Below, one piece after another: positions 45,794 through 47,077 of a DNA stretch of 47,077 bases. Position 1 is the first letter of the stretch. Each line of letters starts with the position of its first letter. The notes under the pieces are model-generated. The model saw only the letters and a list, made by a program, of their open reading frames with translations. It ran no database searches and was not told the DNA's origin. The stretch covers positions 1 to 47,077 of the IMG/VR virus record IMGVR_UViG_2541047907_000002; one strand, given 5' to 3'. A program made the translations under genes and the position numbers. The DNA is from a virus (taxonomy: Duplodnaviria; Heunggongvirae; Uroviricota; Caudoviricetes).

Positions 45794-45986
45794 CGGCGAT
45801 ATGCTGGATGACATCTGCCAGAGACACTATGGCAGCGCCGGACTTAACCAGTCACTGGCGGCGGTACTGGAAGCCAATCCCGGACTGGCTGATCTTGGTC
45901 CGGTATATCCGGCAGGTGTGGAAATCGTGTTACCGGACTGGATATATGAACCGGAGGAAAAGGAGACGTTTCAGTTATGGGACTGA
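45768..45986 (+). CDS. Tail protein X, P2 gpX-like
   Basis: DMLDDICQRHYG...LEANPGLADLGPVYPAGVEIVLPD parallels P2 X (DTLDAICVRYYG...LAANPGLAELG). Confidence 0.65.
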   Translation: MAKNWRTTDGDMLDDICQRHYGSAGLNQSLAAVLEANPGLADLGPVYPAGVEIVLPDWIYEPEEKETFQLWD

Positions 45987-47077
45987 ATGAATATCTGCCG
46001 GATTTCAGTCTGACAGCAGAAGGTAAGGATATCACGAAGGCCATAAAACGCGGCCTGGCGGAACTGCGTTACACCGATAACGGTGCGGCCACAAAGCGGT
46101 CCGATGAACTGATGATAACGCTGTTCAGTGAGACGATGGCGCTGCCACCAAAAGGCGCGGTATTAACGCTGGGACTGGGATTCAACGGAAATCTGGTGAA
46201 TAAGGGCAGTTTTACGGTCTGCCAGGTGGCAAGTGGCGGTCCGCCGCGCCGGATAACCATTTATGCCACGGCAGCGCCGATGAATGCGTCCAGACATGGC
46301 GCAGATGTGACCGCACTGAAAACCCGTGCCTTCAGCGATGTCACGCTGGGGGACCTGGTGAAAACCATCGCCACTGAAAATAATCTGGTGGCACGGGTAT
46401 CGCCGGCACTGGCGGAAATCCGTATTCCGTGGGTGATGCAGTCATCTGAATCGGATGCGTCCCTGCTTTCCCGGCTTGCAGGTATGTACGGTGCCACCAG
46501 TAAACCGACGAACGGTTACTGGTTATTTCTGGAGTATGGCACATCGCAGAGTACCGGAGGCAGGGATGCCCCTGTAATGACCATCACACCGGACATGGTG
46601 TCAGACTGGGATTACCGGGAGGGTGATCGGCAGGGGGCATCCGGAGGCGGAAAAGGAACAACAAAAAAAGGAAAAGTGGGTGTCAGATATTACTCCCCTG
46701 TCGACGGGCGAACGCGTGAATTTAAAGTGGATGTGGAGTCCACAGACAAGCGGCATCCATTCACCCAGCCGGATCAGGACACAGCAAAACACTGTGCAGA
46801 TTCCAAGGTTAAACGTGTGCAGAAAGCCGGACGCCAGATGACGATAACGTTGCCGTGCAGGCCCGCACTGCTGAAAGCGGGGGCGGAAATGCGTTTTATC
46901 ACGCAGGGCTTTGGGGTACGCGAGGATCATAACTGGCAGGCAGAGTCGGTGGAATTTTCACTGGCACCGGGGCAGGGATTTACGCTGAATCTTTCTCTGG
47001 CCACGGATATCTCCGCGAAAGGGCAAGCATCAGGGAAGAAGAAAGCGGATAAAAAAGGCGTGAATTATCACGGATAA
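45977..47077 (+). CDS. Tail protein D, P2 gpD-like (late control D)
   Basis: 366 aa; N-terminal FSLTAEGKDITKAI and central SGGPPRRITIYATAAP parallel P2 D; stop at the last three bases of the window. Confidence 0.8.
   Translation: MGLNEYLPDFSLTAEGKDITKAIKRGLAELRYTDNGAATKRSDELMITLFSETMALPPKGAVLTLGLGFNGNLVNKGSFTVCQVASGGPPRRITIYATAAPMNASRHGADVTALKTRAFSDVTLGDLVKTIATENNLVARVSPALAEIRIPWVMQSSESDASLLSRLAGMYGATSKPTNGYWLFLEYGTSQSTGGRDAPVMTITPDMVSDWDYREGDRQGASGGGKGTTKKGKVGVRYYSPVDGRTREFKVDVESTDKRHPFTQPDQDTAKHCADSKVKRVQKAGRQMTITLPCRPALLKAGAEMRFITQGFGVREDHNWQAESVEFSLAPGQGFTLNLSLATDISAKGQASGKKKADKKGVNYHG

Overview
The whole 47 kb window is a single temperate-phage genome (prophage) of an enterobacterial host, read from the integrase end to the tail genes. 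It is a mosaic: a lambdoid early/regulatory region, a lambda-type cos site and head module, and a P2-type contractile tail module. Layout: integrase/excisionase/exonuclease/Rha on the minus strand (1-4929); divergent cI-like repressor and Cro-like genes (7184-7937); YdaT-like, O-like and P-like replication genes (7934-9922); a nin-like region with a small methyltransferase, a ParD/ParE toxin-antitoxin pair, a DUF968 protein, RusA and a Q-like antiterminator (9955-15934); an accessory cargo island (15999-21474); a lysis cassette (22262-23469); lambda-like cos, terminase and head genes (25040-33325); and P2-like tail genes (34575-47077, gpD runs to the window edge). The most unusual part is the cargo island between Q and the lysis genes: a three-times repeated terminator-leader module, an orphan beta-class DNA methyltransferase, two paralogous ORF-free terminator-capped units that look like small RNA genes, a membrane protein, an AraC-family regulator and four tRNAs. 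Other points of interest are a tail protein I fused to a long leucine-rich-repeat-like array, a translationally coupled three-gene cluster of unknown function beside the toxin-antitoxin pair, and a P2-type gpE/E' -1 frameshift site. All protein assignments are from reading the supplied translations and recalled family motifs; no database search was run, so names are hypotheses. No CRISPR array, rRNA, insertion sequence or Shiga-toxin gene was seen.
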